Source: the human T2T-CHM13v2.0 reference genome, Homo sapiens
DNA: 64,000 nucleotides
Strand: one strand, 5' to 3'
Assembly (NCBI RefSeq): GCF_009914755.1
Contig: NC_060936.1
Both the position numbers and the translations under genes were made by a program. Position 1 is the first letter of the stretch. Each line of letters begins with the position of its first letter. Under the pieces are notes generated by a model. That model saw only the letters and a program-made list of their open reading frames with translations, searched no databases and was not told the origin of the DNA. This document shows, one piece after another, positions 27,560 to 44,263 of this stretch.

Positions 27560-28300
27560 TCCTTGTCCAGTCTATAAGCAAGTGCTGGTGCTATACTTAG
27601 GAAATACATCCTGACACCTTCCACTTATCTTCACCATCCCCATCATCACCCTATTCCAAGTTGTCATCCTTTCTACCTGGACCACCAAAGGAGCCCCCAA
27701 ATGGTCTTTCTATTTCCATTGTGGATCTCTCCCTGCAAATCTGATCTCCTCATAGCATTCAGAGTGATATTAAAAAATAAATCATGATCATATCAGATAT
27801 AAACATCTTGAACCAGAAATCCCACTGCATGTGCCATGCCTGATGGGGTCTCTAGTACCCAGCTCCCACCTACCCTGAACTCATCTCCTTGTACCATTTC
27901 CCCACTCACTATCTCCAGTTGCACTGGACCTTTTTCCACTCGAAAGCACTCAGGGCTGGCCCCTGCTTTGGGCTTCGGCACCCACTTTTCCTTCTGTCTG
28001 GAAAGCCAGCTCCTTTCACAACTTCCCAGGCTGGGCCCTTCCTGGAGCAATGTCTGAGCTCAAATGTCATCTCTGCAGGAACAACCTAGTCTGAAAGAGC
28101 ACATCTCAATGAGTCTTTCCCTCCATGATACCCTGTTCTATTTTCTTCCAAGCATGTATTAATTCTGAAATTATCTTGCTCAATTATTTTTGACACATTT
28201 CCCAGCTGCTTCCCCTGAGTGGCATGAGCTCTGCTAAATCTCAAGACAAAGGCAAGTGCCCAGCACAAAGTGAGCTCAGGAAATGCTTTTCAAATGGACT
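27560..28300 (+). mobile_element. L2 element
   Basis: ccacttatcttcacc...cctggacc...agagtgat...gatcat...ctcaaatgtcatctct...tgcccagcaca. Confidence 0.65.
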
Positions 28301-28739
28301 GTGCTTCTGCGGTACCTCTAAAATGAGTTACATCATAGCTTATTTGTTCACTGATAGCAACTGGTTGTACAACAGCTAGGGCTGTAATAACCACACGGTG
28401 AGCAACAAAAGCAATAACTCTTCTGCATTTGTTTTGTACTATGGGCCTTTAAAAGCATTGAAGTTCAGCCGACACCGCCATCTCATTATAAATCACCTCT
28501 GGAGAGGATGGTTCATTAGGGAACATCAGAGGCAACAGATTGGGCTGAAAAGAAAAGGCAGTGGCTTTGTGCATAATAAATAATTCATTTTCAGATGACT
28601 TTTTCTATTTCAATAAGACTTCTCAATTTCATATTTTTATGAGTACACCTCCTTGCATTTGCATTTTCCAAAGATCTTTTTGCATATGGAACTGATCAAC
28701 AGCCTACGCTCTGTTTCCCGTGTGAGAGGGATGGAGTGG

Positions 28740-29165
28740 ACTGGTTATGAGCTTAGACTCTGGAGCTCATCCATCTGGAATCTAATTTCAGCTCAGCTTC
28801 TTAGCTGGGTAGCTTGGGGCCATTCTTCCAACTCTGTGTGGCCTCATCCATCTGTGAAATGGGGATAATAGTCATATCAACTTCACTGGTTCATTGTGGA
28901 AATTAAATTCTTTATATATATAAAGAATTTATATATATGTAAAGAACATATATATATAAACAATTTATATATATGTAAAGAATATATATATATATAAAGA
29001 ATATACTTTCATACGTCTGGAATCAGAAATCCTGCTGCTGCAGGTACCATGGCTGATGGGGTCTCTAGAACCCAGCTCCTGCCTACCCTGACCTCATCTC
29101 CTCCATATATGTGTAGAAGTTCCTAGAACCATGCATGGTACCTAATGAACAGTAAGTATTTGGTG
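28740..29165 (+). mobile_element. MIR split by an AT-rich array and a locally copied ~90-bp segment
   Basis: catctgtgaaatggggataata core before 28910; the MIR 3' part resumes near 29105. Confidence 0.65.
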
Positions 29166-30319
29166 TAATTACTGTGAATGCTGTTTAGGGAGCAATGGCT
29201 ACTCAACAAACACACAATGCAAGAAGGTGCTTTAGAGAAGAGATTTTTTCAAGGGCTGTCTTAATTTGCACTTGGTTGAGAAAGTATAAAAATGAAAGCC
29301 ATAGTGTGCTGTGCAGTGTGACTGAATTTTCGAAAAGTCTGAGTAAAACAACAGAGGGTATCTGGCATATTAATTAACAGGCTCTCACAAGAAAAGAATG
29401 CTATGAACAGTCAAATAAAAAGAGCCAAGAATCTGCTTTTATGCCAAAAATTCAACAAAAATATTATTCAAGCCAGGAAAGGAAGCTCCTTTCCCTAATT
29501 TGACAGCCTTTTCTTAAGTCCAGATCTTAGTGGGTGACTGTCACCACACATTACTTGTACTGACTTCAAAACTGCAGGGAGATAGGTGGCCTGGGTTACC
29601 ATCTCCTCGCAAATCCATGTGTATTCCAATGAGGGATAAGGCTGTTCTCTTACACGCCTTTACTGAGCATCTACTATGGGCTGGTCCTGTGCTTTCTGCT
29701 GGGGGATATCAGGAGGACAGGGGTTGAGCATAATCACAGTACTGGAAGGATGTAACACAAACCAGGAGAATACGTGTGCCAGGAGAATACATCCCAAAGA
29801 TTCTGAAGATGAGGGGAGAGTACGGTTGGTGAAAAGGAAGTTCATTTTATTTAAGAAGAGAAATGTACTTGATTCAGTGAAGCTTATTTAAAATGTATTT
29901 CATCAGAAGATTTACAATAGTAAAATTATATGGTTCTAAAAATATAAGTTTTGCCTGCTAAGATCACAGAAATGGAAATTTTCTACCGAATCACAGATTT
30001 AAAGAACATGCCTTAATCGAGAAGATTTAGGAAGATGCAGCTGAGATAAGGAGGGAAGAGATTCCTTAACGATTACATGATTGTAATCCCAAGAATCATA
30101 TAAGGAAGGAACTCAGCATTCAACCAAGTAGGTGGAGGGTCAGGCCAAGAATAATCTGCTTAGCTTCACCTGTAGTTACCTGGGTTATGGAGTCCCCTAC
30201 TCATGCTAATGAGAAAACAGCATCTGAGTATGAAATATCACACGTCAGGAGGGGTTTACTGGAGTCTAGCAGCTTCCAGTTTGGAAAAAAGGCTTGGAGA
30301 TTGGACAGGTTTAGGTGGG

Positions 30320-30781
30320 TGCTAAGGTTTGAATGTTCCCTCCCCAAATCATGTTGACACTTAATCCCCACTGTGGCAATACTGAGAGGTGGCCCTTTAA
30401 GAGGTGACTGGGCCGTGAGGGCCCTACACTCGTGAATGAATTAATCCATTCGTGGATGTGAATTAATCCATTCATGGATGTGAATAAACCCATTCATGGA
30501 TGAATGGATGAATGGGTTATCATGGGAGTGAGACTGGTGGCATTGTAAGAGGAGGCAGAGAGACCTGAGACAGCACATTAGCATACTCTGCCCCGCTCCA
30601 TGCGACACCCTGCTCTACCTCGGGACTCTGCAGAGAGTTCCCCACCAGCAAGAAGGTCTTCACCACCTGTGGCCTCTTGCTCTTGGACTTCTCAGCCTCC
30701 ATAACTTTAATACATAATTTTCCTTACAAATCGCCCAGTGTCAGGCATTCTGTTGTAAGCAACAGAAAATAGACAAATACA
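30320..30781 (+). mobile_element. MST-family MaLR solo LTR
   Basis: tgctaaggtttgaatg start, cagcaagaagg...cttggacttctcagcctcc, ends agcaacagaaaatagacaaataca. Confidence 0.85.
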
Positions 30782-31876
30782 CCAAGGATCAAAGAATAAA
30801 ATGAGACGAGGAAGGACTTAGAGTGCAAATCAAAGGGACATACTGAGCCTATGTCCTCCCAAGCTTCTTGGGTATGGCTCCTACTTAAGATGGCTCCAAA
30901 CACATGATCTCAGCCAGCAAGAATAACTCAACAGTGTCAGAATCCTCCGACTTGCCCGCTGCCCTCATTGCGTGCAAGGAAAACATGGGTGCACAGAGTA
31001 GAGGAGCCAACATGGATCCTGTCTGAGCACGAGGATCAAGGAAGACCCTGTGGTGGATGTGGCATGGGAGCTGGGCTCTAACGAGAGAATTCTGAGATGC
31101 TTTTCCCCTTTCCATCAGAATCACGTTTGAGAAAGAGCTCAGAATGTGATATTGAATTGCACTTCCTAAAGAGCAATGGCACATTTGATTCTTCACTTTT
31201 GTTTAAGAGCTCTGCGGTCTTCCCCAGGATCTTCAGGGCTGGGTTTGGCAGATGCGTCTGTATGTATCCTTATGCCATTGTGAACGCCACGTAACACCAT
31301 CAGCACCAGGTCCCTGTAGGGCTGGAGTTCTCCTTTGATTTTTTTCAAGGATAATACAGACATTGTCTGTCCTGACCATGTCTCCTGATTAAGTTTTATC
31401 TCAAGTTTCAGATCCATTCTAATAACTAAAACTTAGTGGTCATAGCTGAGACCCAAAGCAAAATGAGAAGCTGGTCAAGAGACCCGCCTGGGAGGGCACA
31501 TTCTTAAAATCCCACAGGAGAGCAGAGTCATTCACCTCTACTTCCTGCACTTACAACGGTAACCACAAGTATAATATCCAAACAGCCACTACCCAAGAGG
31601 AAGAAAAGAGTTTGTTTTATTTTAAAATGAAGAGGACTTGTAACTATGTTTTAAAGGACTAGCTGATAAGGCATTCAAAAATTGATAAAGTATATACCTA
31701 TCAGTGCCATGACCCCTGAACACTGGTGTAAACTTGAAACACTTGTTTTAGCCAAAACTCAGGAGGCAGTTAGGAGAGAAGGACGTTGAAGAACTTTGAG
31801 AAACGGAGACCTTTCTCCTTGGAAAGCTGAGTCACTACAAAGGGGACTCCAACTTTTCCAAGACATGCAAACACCA

Positions 31877-32018
31877 GGCCGGGTGCAATGGCTCATGCCC
31901 CTAATCCCAGCATTTTGGGAGGCAGAGGCGGGTGGATTGCTTGAGGCCAGGAGTTCGAGACTAGCCTGGGCAACCTGGCAAAACCCCATCTCTACTAAAA
32001 TATAAAAATTAGCTGGGC
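31877..32018 (+). mobile_element. 3'-truncated AluJ (left monomer plus linker)
   Basis: ggccgggtgcaatgg...gattgcttgaggccaggagttcgag; ends at agctgggc with no A tail. Confidence 0.88.
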
Positions 32019-32599
32019 TAATATCTGGAGAAGAGTAAACACCAGTCTCCAGATTCAGACACTAACGTGGTTACAGATAAGCACTTGATAAATGAATGCT
32101 AATGCACCTTTAATGACCTTTTCCCTCAGAATTTGCCTCCCTAAAAACAAAACCATATTTACTTACAACATAGTAAGGCATGATTTCCTGAACTGAAAAA
32201 ACAATGTAATAAATCTCATAAAAACCTACAACTGGATTAAGAAACTAAAAAGTTTCAAGACCCTAGACATTAGGGGGAAAAAAGGCAAACTATTGAAGAA
32301 GACTTCAAGAAAAAAATACAAAATATTAAAAAAAAATTGTTTCTAAAAAGTAGCTTTCGATGCAAGCACCTGGCGGCATCTCATCCCAGAGCTTTCCTGG
32401 AGATGAAATTACACAGCACACAAAGAATGGAGAGGCCACCAGCTTCAGCTCAAGTGGACCTCAGATCCTTGACAACAGCCACAACTGTGCTCCCTTCCAG
32501 CATTATTTTTGAAGACTGTTGATCTACTTACTTAGTTGTGCTGTGTGTGAATATTTTAATATTTGAGATTTTATGCCTTTTTTGTCTTGGATATAATTA

Positions 32600-33400
32600 G
32601 AGGGAGATGAGGGATTTCCATTATGCAAAAGATAATGGATTTGACTACATACAAATTACACAAACAGACAGAAGTCTGTGCAAGCCAAAAAAGTCTGACC
32701 AGCAAAGTTAGCAAATGGTAAACTAGTAAGAGTACCTGCAATATGTCAATGGAAAAGTTAGGATCGCTAATATATAGAAATAGAAATGTGGTTACCGGTG
32801 TCTGGGGAGGAGGGAAGAGGGAGGAGGAATTTGTGTTTAGTAGCTATAGTTTCAGTTTGCAAGATGAAAAAGTTCCAGAGAGCCATTGCCCAACAATGAG
32901 AAAATACTTAACATTACTAAACTATACACTTACAATGGTTAAGATGGTAGCTTTAATGTTATATGACTTCTACCATAATAAAAAAAGATTTATAACAAAG
33001 GTCTAAGAATAAATTGAATTCCCAAGGAGAAGAGAAAATGGGCAAAGAACAAATGCTTAATAGGAAATAAACATGTCATCTAAGAAGGGCAAATTAAAAC
33101 AACATTGAGATATAAGTTTTGCTAAATTTTAATATTTCATGTTGGAGGAAGCTGCAGGAAAATGGGTATCACTATGCATAGCAAGTGGAATTTTAAACTG
33201 GTTAAGCTTTCTGGAAGGCAGTTTGGCAAACATTATGAAAAAGGAATACAATATTGCATATCCTTTGATTTGAATTTATTTCTAAAAGTTGACCTGAAGG
33301 AGTTCATTAAAAATGTGTGCAAAGATTTTTGTACGAAAATATAAACCATAGGTTATTTTATAACAAAAAAGCTCTTAAATTTTAATCTTGTGTGGTAGTG
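32600..33400 (+). mobile_element. Old L1M fragments
   Basis: gtttcagtttgcaagatgaaaaagttc 3'UTR and caaattaaaacaacattgagata ORF2-end motifs. Confidence 0.65.
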
Positions 33401-33786
33401 TCATGGAGATATACGGGGAACTTTTTGTTTGGGACTAAAGCTAGGATGCATCTTTTATTCCTGTGTTTTCTTCACACCTATATCCAATGCATTGGGAAGT
33501 CTTGTCTTCTAAGGCGGACGCTGCTGCTCCACTGCTATTATCTCAGCCAGGACAGTCCAGGACAGCACCAGACATTTCTCCATGTGCACTCCCTTCTCCC
33601 ACTGTTGCATGCTTGCAGCTGGGCATCTGGCTCCTGGAATAGCTCACTATCTCCAGCCTCCCTTGCAGCTAGATCTCAGCACTTGGCAGAGCTCCTAGAC
33701 TGATGGGGTGGGAGCAGAGGTGGGGTGCTCGGGATGGAGAGGAGCACACTCTCCCCTTTCCCACTTATAAAATATAAAAAATTATA

Positions 33787-34163
<377 letters not shown>

Positions 34164-34553
34164 TTAACAAATACAAAATTCCACCTGCTTTGTGTAATGA
34201 TTCCCATTTTCCTGCAACTCCATCAACACGGAATGTTAAAATTTAGAAAATAGCTGCAATGTGGGTATGGTTGTCATTAATTTGGAGGAAGAGTGATGGA
34301 TCTAAAATTTCTTTCACATATTTCTCAATAAAGATAGAATGAACAAAAGCAAAGTAATTTAATAACGGCAACCACATCCCCTGCATGACAACACTCTTTT
34401 ACCAACCAAGTCAAGGTTAAAATAAGGCACCTTGCTCTGGGAAGACTCAGAACCACTACCAATACAAAAGGTAGATCAGACAGCAGTCTGGCTCTCCACT
34501 TAGTTCGAAAGGAAGCCACTCAGAGCCCATTGCTAACAACTCAGCCCACCACG

Positions 34554-34862
<309 letters not shown>

Positions 34863-35075
34863 TAATTCAGCTCAAGAATCAGTGGGTGCCTACATACTGC
34901 CTACCACTCTTCTTATGTTGTAAAATATGGGAGCTGTGGATAAGTCCCTTACCTGAAAAAATTTATAACATTATTGCCAGAGTATTGCATATATTTTAAA
35001 TTCAGTAGTTAAGTAATCATAATATAGATAACACTTACTGTGTGTTTGCTATAGGCTGGGTACTCTAATAAGTAC

Positions 35076-35386
35076 TTTTTTTTTTTTTTTTTTTTTTTGA
35101 GGCAGGGTCTCACCCTGTCACACAGGCTGGAGTGCTGTGGTACGTTCTTGGCTCACTGCAAGCTCCGCCTCCCAAGTTCAAACTATTCTCATGCCTCAGC
35201 CTCCCAAGTAGCTAAGATTATCGGCATGTGCCATCACACCTGGCTAAGTTTTGTAGTTTTTTTTTTAGTAGAGATGGGGTTTTGCCATGTTGGTCAAGCT
35301 GGTCTTGAACTCCTGGCCTCAAGTGATCTGCCCACCTCGGCCTCCCAAAATGCTGGGATTACAGGCATGAGCCACCGCACCTAGTC
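35076..35386 (-). mobile_element. AluJb-like, inserted in a MIR
   Basis: Full dimer; TSD TAAGTAC. Confidence 0.92.
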
Positions 35387-35644
35387 TAAGTACACTTTAA
35401 TTACTGTTTTATCCTTACAACTTTATAAGTAGGTATTATCCCTGTAACTCCCTCTACAGATGAGGAAATTGAGGCACAATGAAATTAAGTATGGTTGCAT
35501 GAATAGCTAGTGGAGACCATAATTTGTTATGTTATTCTTTTTCCTGGGAGACTCGTAATGACCAATGAAAAATGGAAAACAGGTACTAAGATGAGGGACC
35601 TCTTTGAGCCTCAGTTTCCTCAAGTGGAAATAAAGGAGAATTGT

Positions 35645-36172
35645 CGAAGATGCTGTTCATTGCCTTAGAATACCTTTTCTTTTATTTCCTTGTAACAGAA
35701 TTTGAGCAATCTTTCATGCTAAAAAAGTAGGTTTCTCAGCCTTCCTTACAATTAGATGTGGCTATATAACTAAGTTTTGGTGAATTGGATGCAACCAGAA
35801 ACAGTATGTTGGATTCTTGTAAAGTTCTTTTGAAAAGGAAAAGAGACTGGCCCTGTTTGAACTTTGGCCTTTTTAAGTTTTGCTGGTCTGCAGAATATAG
35901 ATGTGATGGCTGGCATCCCAGCAGCTATGTTGGACCATGAGGTAATCATGAGGATGGAATCCATGCACCTGACTGCTGAAGTAGAAGGAAAGATGGGGCC
36001 TGGGTCTCAGATGTCATGGAACACCAAACCAGCCCTAGACCACTAACCTTAGGAACTTCTTTACATGAAAGAAGAAATCTGTACTTAACTCATAATTAGC
36101 CAGAGGGTAAGTTAGGGTGCCTGGGCAGGGAGCTCTGTTGCTCTCAGCCAAATGCAATTCCTAATTGGTACA
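35645..36172 (+). mobile_element. Old MaLR LTR (MLT1J/K-like)
   Basis: gatgtgatggctgg...cagcagctatgttggaccatgagg...cagccaaatgcaattcctaa. Confidence 0.65.
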
Positions 36173-36244
36173 CATGTCAAGGGGGTCTCCACTGAGATTT
36201 TTGTTTCTAGCTCTACCATTATACATTCTTAGAACATTACATAG

Positions 36245-36533
36245 GGCTGGGCACGGTGGCTCACATCTGTAATCCCAGTACTTTGGGAGGCTAAGGTGGG
36301 TGGATCACGAGGTCAAGAGTTCAAGACAAGCCTGGCCAAGATGGTGAAACCCTGTCTCTACTAAAAATGCAAAAATTAGCCAGGCATGGTGGTGGGCACC
36401 TGTAATCCCAGCTACTGGGGAGGCTGAGACAGGAGAATCAACCCCGGACGGCAAAGGTTGCAGTGAGCCAAGATCGCACCACCGCACTCCAGCCTGGGCA
36501 ACAGACTGGCACTCCGTCAAAAAGAAAAAAAAA
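36245..36533 (+). mobile_element. AluS (Sg-like)
   Basis: Full dimer; TSD AGAACATTACAT. Confidence 0.93.
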
Positions 36534-37381
36534 AGAACATTACATGTAGCATAGCAAGAACAGGTGCTGTAGGATGGGAAATGTTTCAGAGGCTGTTGAA
36601 GGACAGAGAGAGGGCTCTTGTGGGACTGAGGACTCGTATAGGCCATGAGGAACGATGGGGTTTAGAAGAGGCAACAGCAGCATCAGGGCCACCAGAGGCA
36701 GGAGAAACGCCGAGTGTGGAGTGTGGGAAACAGCATGCAGCCGGGCCTGGGCCGAGGGCAGCAGCAGGAGGTGCTCAGGGAGAGCTGCTCAGTCTCCTCA
36801 GACCAGAGGTGTGGAAAGGAGCAAATTCAAACCACTACTTGCTCAAGACAAACGGCGTTGCCATTCCCAGTGACAGAACCACTGAGAGTCCAAAGCAAAG
36901 GGCACGGCCGTCTCACACAAAATAATAACCAGGGAGGCCCAGCGCCTCTCAAATAAAACAGTAAGAGCCCTTGTCAACTACAGTAACCCAAACACCTTTA
37001 CATTTCCTAATGAACAACACAGTAACCAGTTTAGTGTCACCGGGCAGCTGTCCAGTTGCCTTGGACTGAAGACCTGATTTCTGGTGTTCTTTCAGCATGA
37101 CAGAAGAACGCTGGTCAATATTTTCTAATTGGTGGTCTGGGGGACCAGGCGGGTGTTTGCCAAATGTCTCAGCACATTTCACTCCTATGCTTGATCTACA
37201 TGGACTCCAGAGCTGTGTGTGTTCGAGATCCACAGGTGTCTACATCATATGCTACAAACACATCTATCGAGTCGTCAACAATTTTCACACAATAGCAGAC
37301 CCAAATCTAATACCTGGAGTTTATTTTCTAAATAATACGTTAAGAAAATTGGTTTATATTTGTACAGATATAGATATAGAT

Positions 37382-37385
37382 ACAC

Positions 37386-37432
<47 letters not shown>
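37382..37432. repeat. (CA)~25 microsatellite, (UG)n in host pre-mRNA
   Basis: Read directly; one G interruption. Confidence 0.97.
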
Positions 37433-37434
<2 letters not shown>

Positions 37435-37526
37435 ACGATTGGCTATTGGCAGTCAACTTTGTGGTTTCGTTTCTCACTGTCCTGATTCTTGGCTCCTCCC
37501 CTTTTCCCCACCCAGCCTGGGACTCA

Positions 37527-37865
<339 letters not shown>

Positions 37866-39004
37866 CTATGTACCTCCACATGGAACCAAGCGCACACATC
37901 TCTGCAAAGAGCATTCAGAGATGCCATTCCAAAACGAACAAAGGAGCTTTAATATGCTCTGCAGCATTAGCCTGGGCTTAGATACTGTCACTCCAGGTTC
38001 CAAAGTCCTTCTGTTTGTGGGCTGCTCAGCTGCCCCAGAGCAGGTATTTGTGGATAATTATGGGAAATAGTGATTGCATTTCTTAAACACTTCCTTTCCC
38101 ATTCTCCATTTAGGAGAACACTTTTCCTCACTCTCACAAATTTCTAGGCAACTTCCATTGGATTTTCCAAAGCCACAGCCAGATTGAGTTGGTTGCACAG
38201 AATTTTAAGGATGTCTGAGGGTGACACAGTTGTGTTATTGGCAGTGATAAGACAGAATTGCACAGAAACAGGCAACGTGTGCACAACAAACCAGGGTCAA
38301 GGGGGTCGCTGTGATGAGCATGGAGAAGTCACCAGATATTACGTGGAGATGGGAGTCATTGCGACAAAGACTGGTTTCTAGACCCTCAATTTTCCTATAA
38401 GCATACATCTAGAAACAAATCCACCTAGGACTTTCTGGATTATTTTTACAGCTATTTAAGTAATTAATTAGCTGCCTGCCTCATCATAGTGATTTTTGGT
38501 ATGATGTCTGCTCTTCTATGTGACAGGTAGAAAAATGTAGATTTGGTGCCTGCCTCTGCCTGAAAAGGAAGTGACCAGGGTGTAGCTGAGAATGAACAGA
38601 GGAATCCGCTGAGAGAGGTACTTTTTAAAGCCTCAGTGGCCAAACAACGTCTACGTGTCAGATCTATTTCTAAAAGATTTGAATTTTACACCTTTGAGAA
38701 ATGATCACTGAACTCTGACATGTAGGAGAATAAGGTTTGTTCTTTTATATGTGACAAAGCTATTGACATTTTTATCACACCGTCAATCTCACCCAAGTTT
38801 ACCGGTAAGAAGCTCAGAGATAAACGGTGGGGCTTCCAGGGAGCCTTGTTCTCAATAGGAGGGATGAGATGGAAAACTAGAAGATCAGGGGAGATTCTAA
38901 TGAACAGAGAAGGAGGGCGAGAGAGACAGACAGAGAGAGAGAAAGGAGGGAGGGAGGGAAAAATGGAAGGAGAGAGAGAAGTAGAAAGAAAGGAAAGATA
39001 AAAG

Positions 39005-39237
39005 CGATCACTTGAAGTCAGGAGTTTGAGACCAGCTTGGCCAACAGGGCAAAACTCTATCTCTACTAATAATACAAAAATTAGCTGGGTGTGGTGGCAT
39101 GTGCCTATAATCCCAGCTAGTTGGGAGGCTGAGGCATGAGAATTGAACCTGGGAGGCAGAGGTTGCAGTGAGCTGGGATCACACCAGTGCATTCCAGCCT
39201 GGGTGATGAAATGAAAATATGTCTCAAAAAAAAAAAA
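39005..39237 (+). mobile_element. 5'-truncated Alu inside a purine-rich tract (38900-39345)
   Basis: gatcacttgaagtcaggagtttgagacc through to the A tail. Confidence 0.9.
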
Positions 39238-40296
39238 GGGAAAAGAAAAAGAAAGATAGAAGAGGAGGAAGGGGAGGAGGAAAAGAAAGAGGAGGGGAAG
39301 GAGGGGGCCGGAGAAATGAGATGAGAAGAACTGCCAAAAGAAAGAACCCCAATTGCAGAGGTCAGCCTTCCGCTTAAGCAGCCATCTCTTCCATGGAACG
39401 GGGTAGCTGCAATGGGCTGTGAGTAATGAAGGGGAAAAGACGACAGCTGGTTTTTGAATCCTACAAAACGCACTCCCTCTTGGCTTTTGAAAGAAAGTGG
39501 TTTAATTCTTTGAGAAGCAGCTGCTGTGATAAAAATCCCCTAGGCCACGGTGGGCTTTTTTCTCCCATACCTTTCTTTACATAAGAAAAGAATGCCACTG
39601 TCTCTTTGAAGCCCCTGACTGGCATTTCTAGTCACAGCTAGAGAGAACTTGGAATTAAGATGCTAGAATGCACCTTCGTTTTTGTATTCAAACTTGACAA
39701 GAATTTTGGTATGACTTTCCCATTGATGAAATGGGATAATCTCCGTCTCCGAGTCTGTGGGCCTCGCCTTCTGTTTTTAATCACAAAGAAAGGAATTTAT
39801 ATAACAGAATTAGCATTACTTGCGTTTGAGCTGTGTGAACACCTGCATAAATGTAGCTCATTGTACACAATAACTGCCCATATGTCCACATCACATTCTA
39901 CCCCTATTTCCTTCCAGATTCCTTGACCTCAAATAAAAACCAACAATCCTTGCCCGCAGTAGAATACTGGATGCCTCCCACCCCACAGCCCCATACTTCT
40001 GTTTTTAGAGTTTGTTTTATCAGGAAAACCTTATACATCTCTTCATATATGTAAGTTCTTGCCATCCTAGAAGAGCCACCTATAATACCCTTCAATTAAT
40101 AGAAGGTAATAAGTGCTCCCTTTACTTCATCTAATTTTACTCTTCCTGTAACCTTACGTGATTGTTCTATACATTTAGATTTTCCCTTTTTCTTTAGATC
40201 CCTTTCCCAGCCAAGATGTAAAAGCAACAAGGTCTTTTTTCAGCCAACTGCCCTCTCTATGAAGTGGTGATGAAAATATTCTATGTTGGGAATTCT

Positions 40297-40816
40297 TTTT
40301 CTTTTTTTTTATTATACTTTAAGTTCTAGGGTACATGTGCACAATGTACAGATTTGTTACATATGTATACATGTGCCATGTTTGTGTGCTGCACCTATTA
40401 ACTCGTCATTTACATTAGGTATATCTCCTAATGCTATCCTTCCCCCTTCCCCCCACCCCACAATAGGCCCCGGTGTGTGATGTTCCCCTTCCTGTGTCCA
40501 TGTGTTCTCATTGTTCAATTCCCACCTATGAGTGAGAACATGCGGTGTTTGGTTTTTTGTCCTTGCAATAGTTCACTGAGAATGCTGGTTTCCAGCTTCA
40601 TCCATGTCCCTACAAAGGACATGAACTCATCATTTTTTATGTCTGCATAGTATTCCATGGTGTATATGTGCCACATTTTCTTAATCCAGTCTATCATTGT
40701 TGGACATTTGGGTTGGTTCCATTACTGGGTATATACCCAAAGGATTATAAAACATGCTGCTATAAAGACACATGCACACGTATGTTTATTGCAGCACTAT
40801 TCACAATAGCAAGACT
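40297..40816 (-). mobile_element. L1PA (PA4/5-like) 3' end with 98-bp 5' inversion
   Basis: Minus-strand 3' end 40297-40721, then the contiguous upstream L1 segment in plus orientation 40719-40816; TSD TA(T/A)GTTGGGAA(T/C)TCT. Confidence 0.92.
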
Positions 40817-41354
40817 AAGTTGGGAACTCTCAATCCAGGACTATACCAACCTTCAGGAAGGTTGTACCTTGAACTTGTGGGGAAAACGTTGTATGCGCGT
40901 GATTTTCTGGAAAGATTCCTTAGCTTGCATGAGTTCCCCAATAGTTCATCTACAGTACGATTATGGACCGAGTTCCTGACAATTTCCTTTATAAATTCTG
41001 CACATGGTGATCTCGTTGGAATATCTCATCACATGTATCTTAGTGTGACAGTGGGAATTTGAATTTTAATGCCCCTTTGTAAATATTTAGCACTTAACAG
41101 CTTTCCAAACTCTTGCGTAGTAGGCAATATTTATCACTTCTCCATGTTTCACTCTAAAGACAAGGACTGTGCCTTTGCAGTTTGTGTGTCTGACAGATGG
41201 TACATGTCCTGAAAATGGTGGTCATATTTATCTTGTTGCATTTTGTGCTTACAATAGAGTGTAATTCCTGATATTCATCAGAAGGGAATCTGATGTATTG
41301 TAGGAGATAAATACAGTTGGTTAAAGAGAAGTTTATAAAACATATCTGGTTAAA

Positions 41355-41466
41355 GCAGTGATTTTTCCACCTCCCATGCATTCAAATTGCCTGGAGGAAC
41401 TTTACAAATAAAGCAATGTCCAGGCATCATCCTTACAGATTTCTGATTGTTCCTGAGTGGAGCCAG
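41355..41466. mobile_element. MER5A-like MITE, left part (right part ~53059-53190), split by the provirus
   Basis: cagtg...tgcattcaaattgcctggagga...agatttctgatt...ccag, resuming as ccaggaatc...gattc...acaacca after the 3' LTR. Confidence 0.6.
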
Positions 41467-41670
41467 GGTCAAAGGTGTTCAAACCAGAGCGACTCCATCC
41501 TGAATGAGGGCTGGAAAATGAGGCTGGCCCTTGCTGGGCAGCATTCCCAGAAAGTTAGGCATTCCTAGCCTCTAGATGTTTACAGTTAAGGGAACAAATT
41601 AATAATGTTTACTAAACAGACCCAGACTTGGGAGTGTCCAGATATCCCAATAGCTGGAGAAAAAAGACAT

Positions 41671-43579
<1,909 letters not shown>

Positions 43580-43606
43580 AAAAAAGACATCCCTAATTTT
43601 GTTTTA

Positions 43607-43974
<368 letters not shown>

Positions 43975-44244
43975 TTAAGAAAACTAATCCTTTGTCACAA
44001 ACCCTTGTAGCAGAACACATTTCTCCATATATACAAGCATTGTTCCTAGGGTGGACGCCTTCCTCCTCTTACTTTCGGGAATGTCCTACTCTGTCTGTGG
44101 AGTAGCTGTCCTTTCGCCACTTTACTTTGTTAATAAACTTGCTTTTGCTTTGCACTGTGGACTCGCCCTGAATTCTTTCTTGCGTGAGATCCAAGAAACC
44201 TCTCTTGGGGTCTGGATCAGAACCCCTTTCCTGTAACATATTTC

Positions 44245-44263
44245 TGGTGACCACAGATGGGAC
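44245..44263 (+). promoter_or_regulatory. Retroviral primer-binding site, tRNA-Arg-like
   Basis: TGGTGACCACAGATGGGAC, 6 nt after the LTR end; close to the complement of the tRNA-Arg(CCG) 3' end as recalled (TGGCGACCCAGATGGGAC). Confidence 0.7.

Noticed and set aside
30621-30635. 15-bp match CGGGACTCTGCAGAG between the MST LTR and the VNTR unit
   Set aside because: Short isolated match; the unit is better explained by the collinear L2 flank.
36581-36956. GC-richer short ORFs near the exon as additional exons
   Set aside because: Opposite strand to the gene, no recognisable homology and no convincing splice-site pair.
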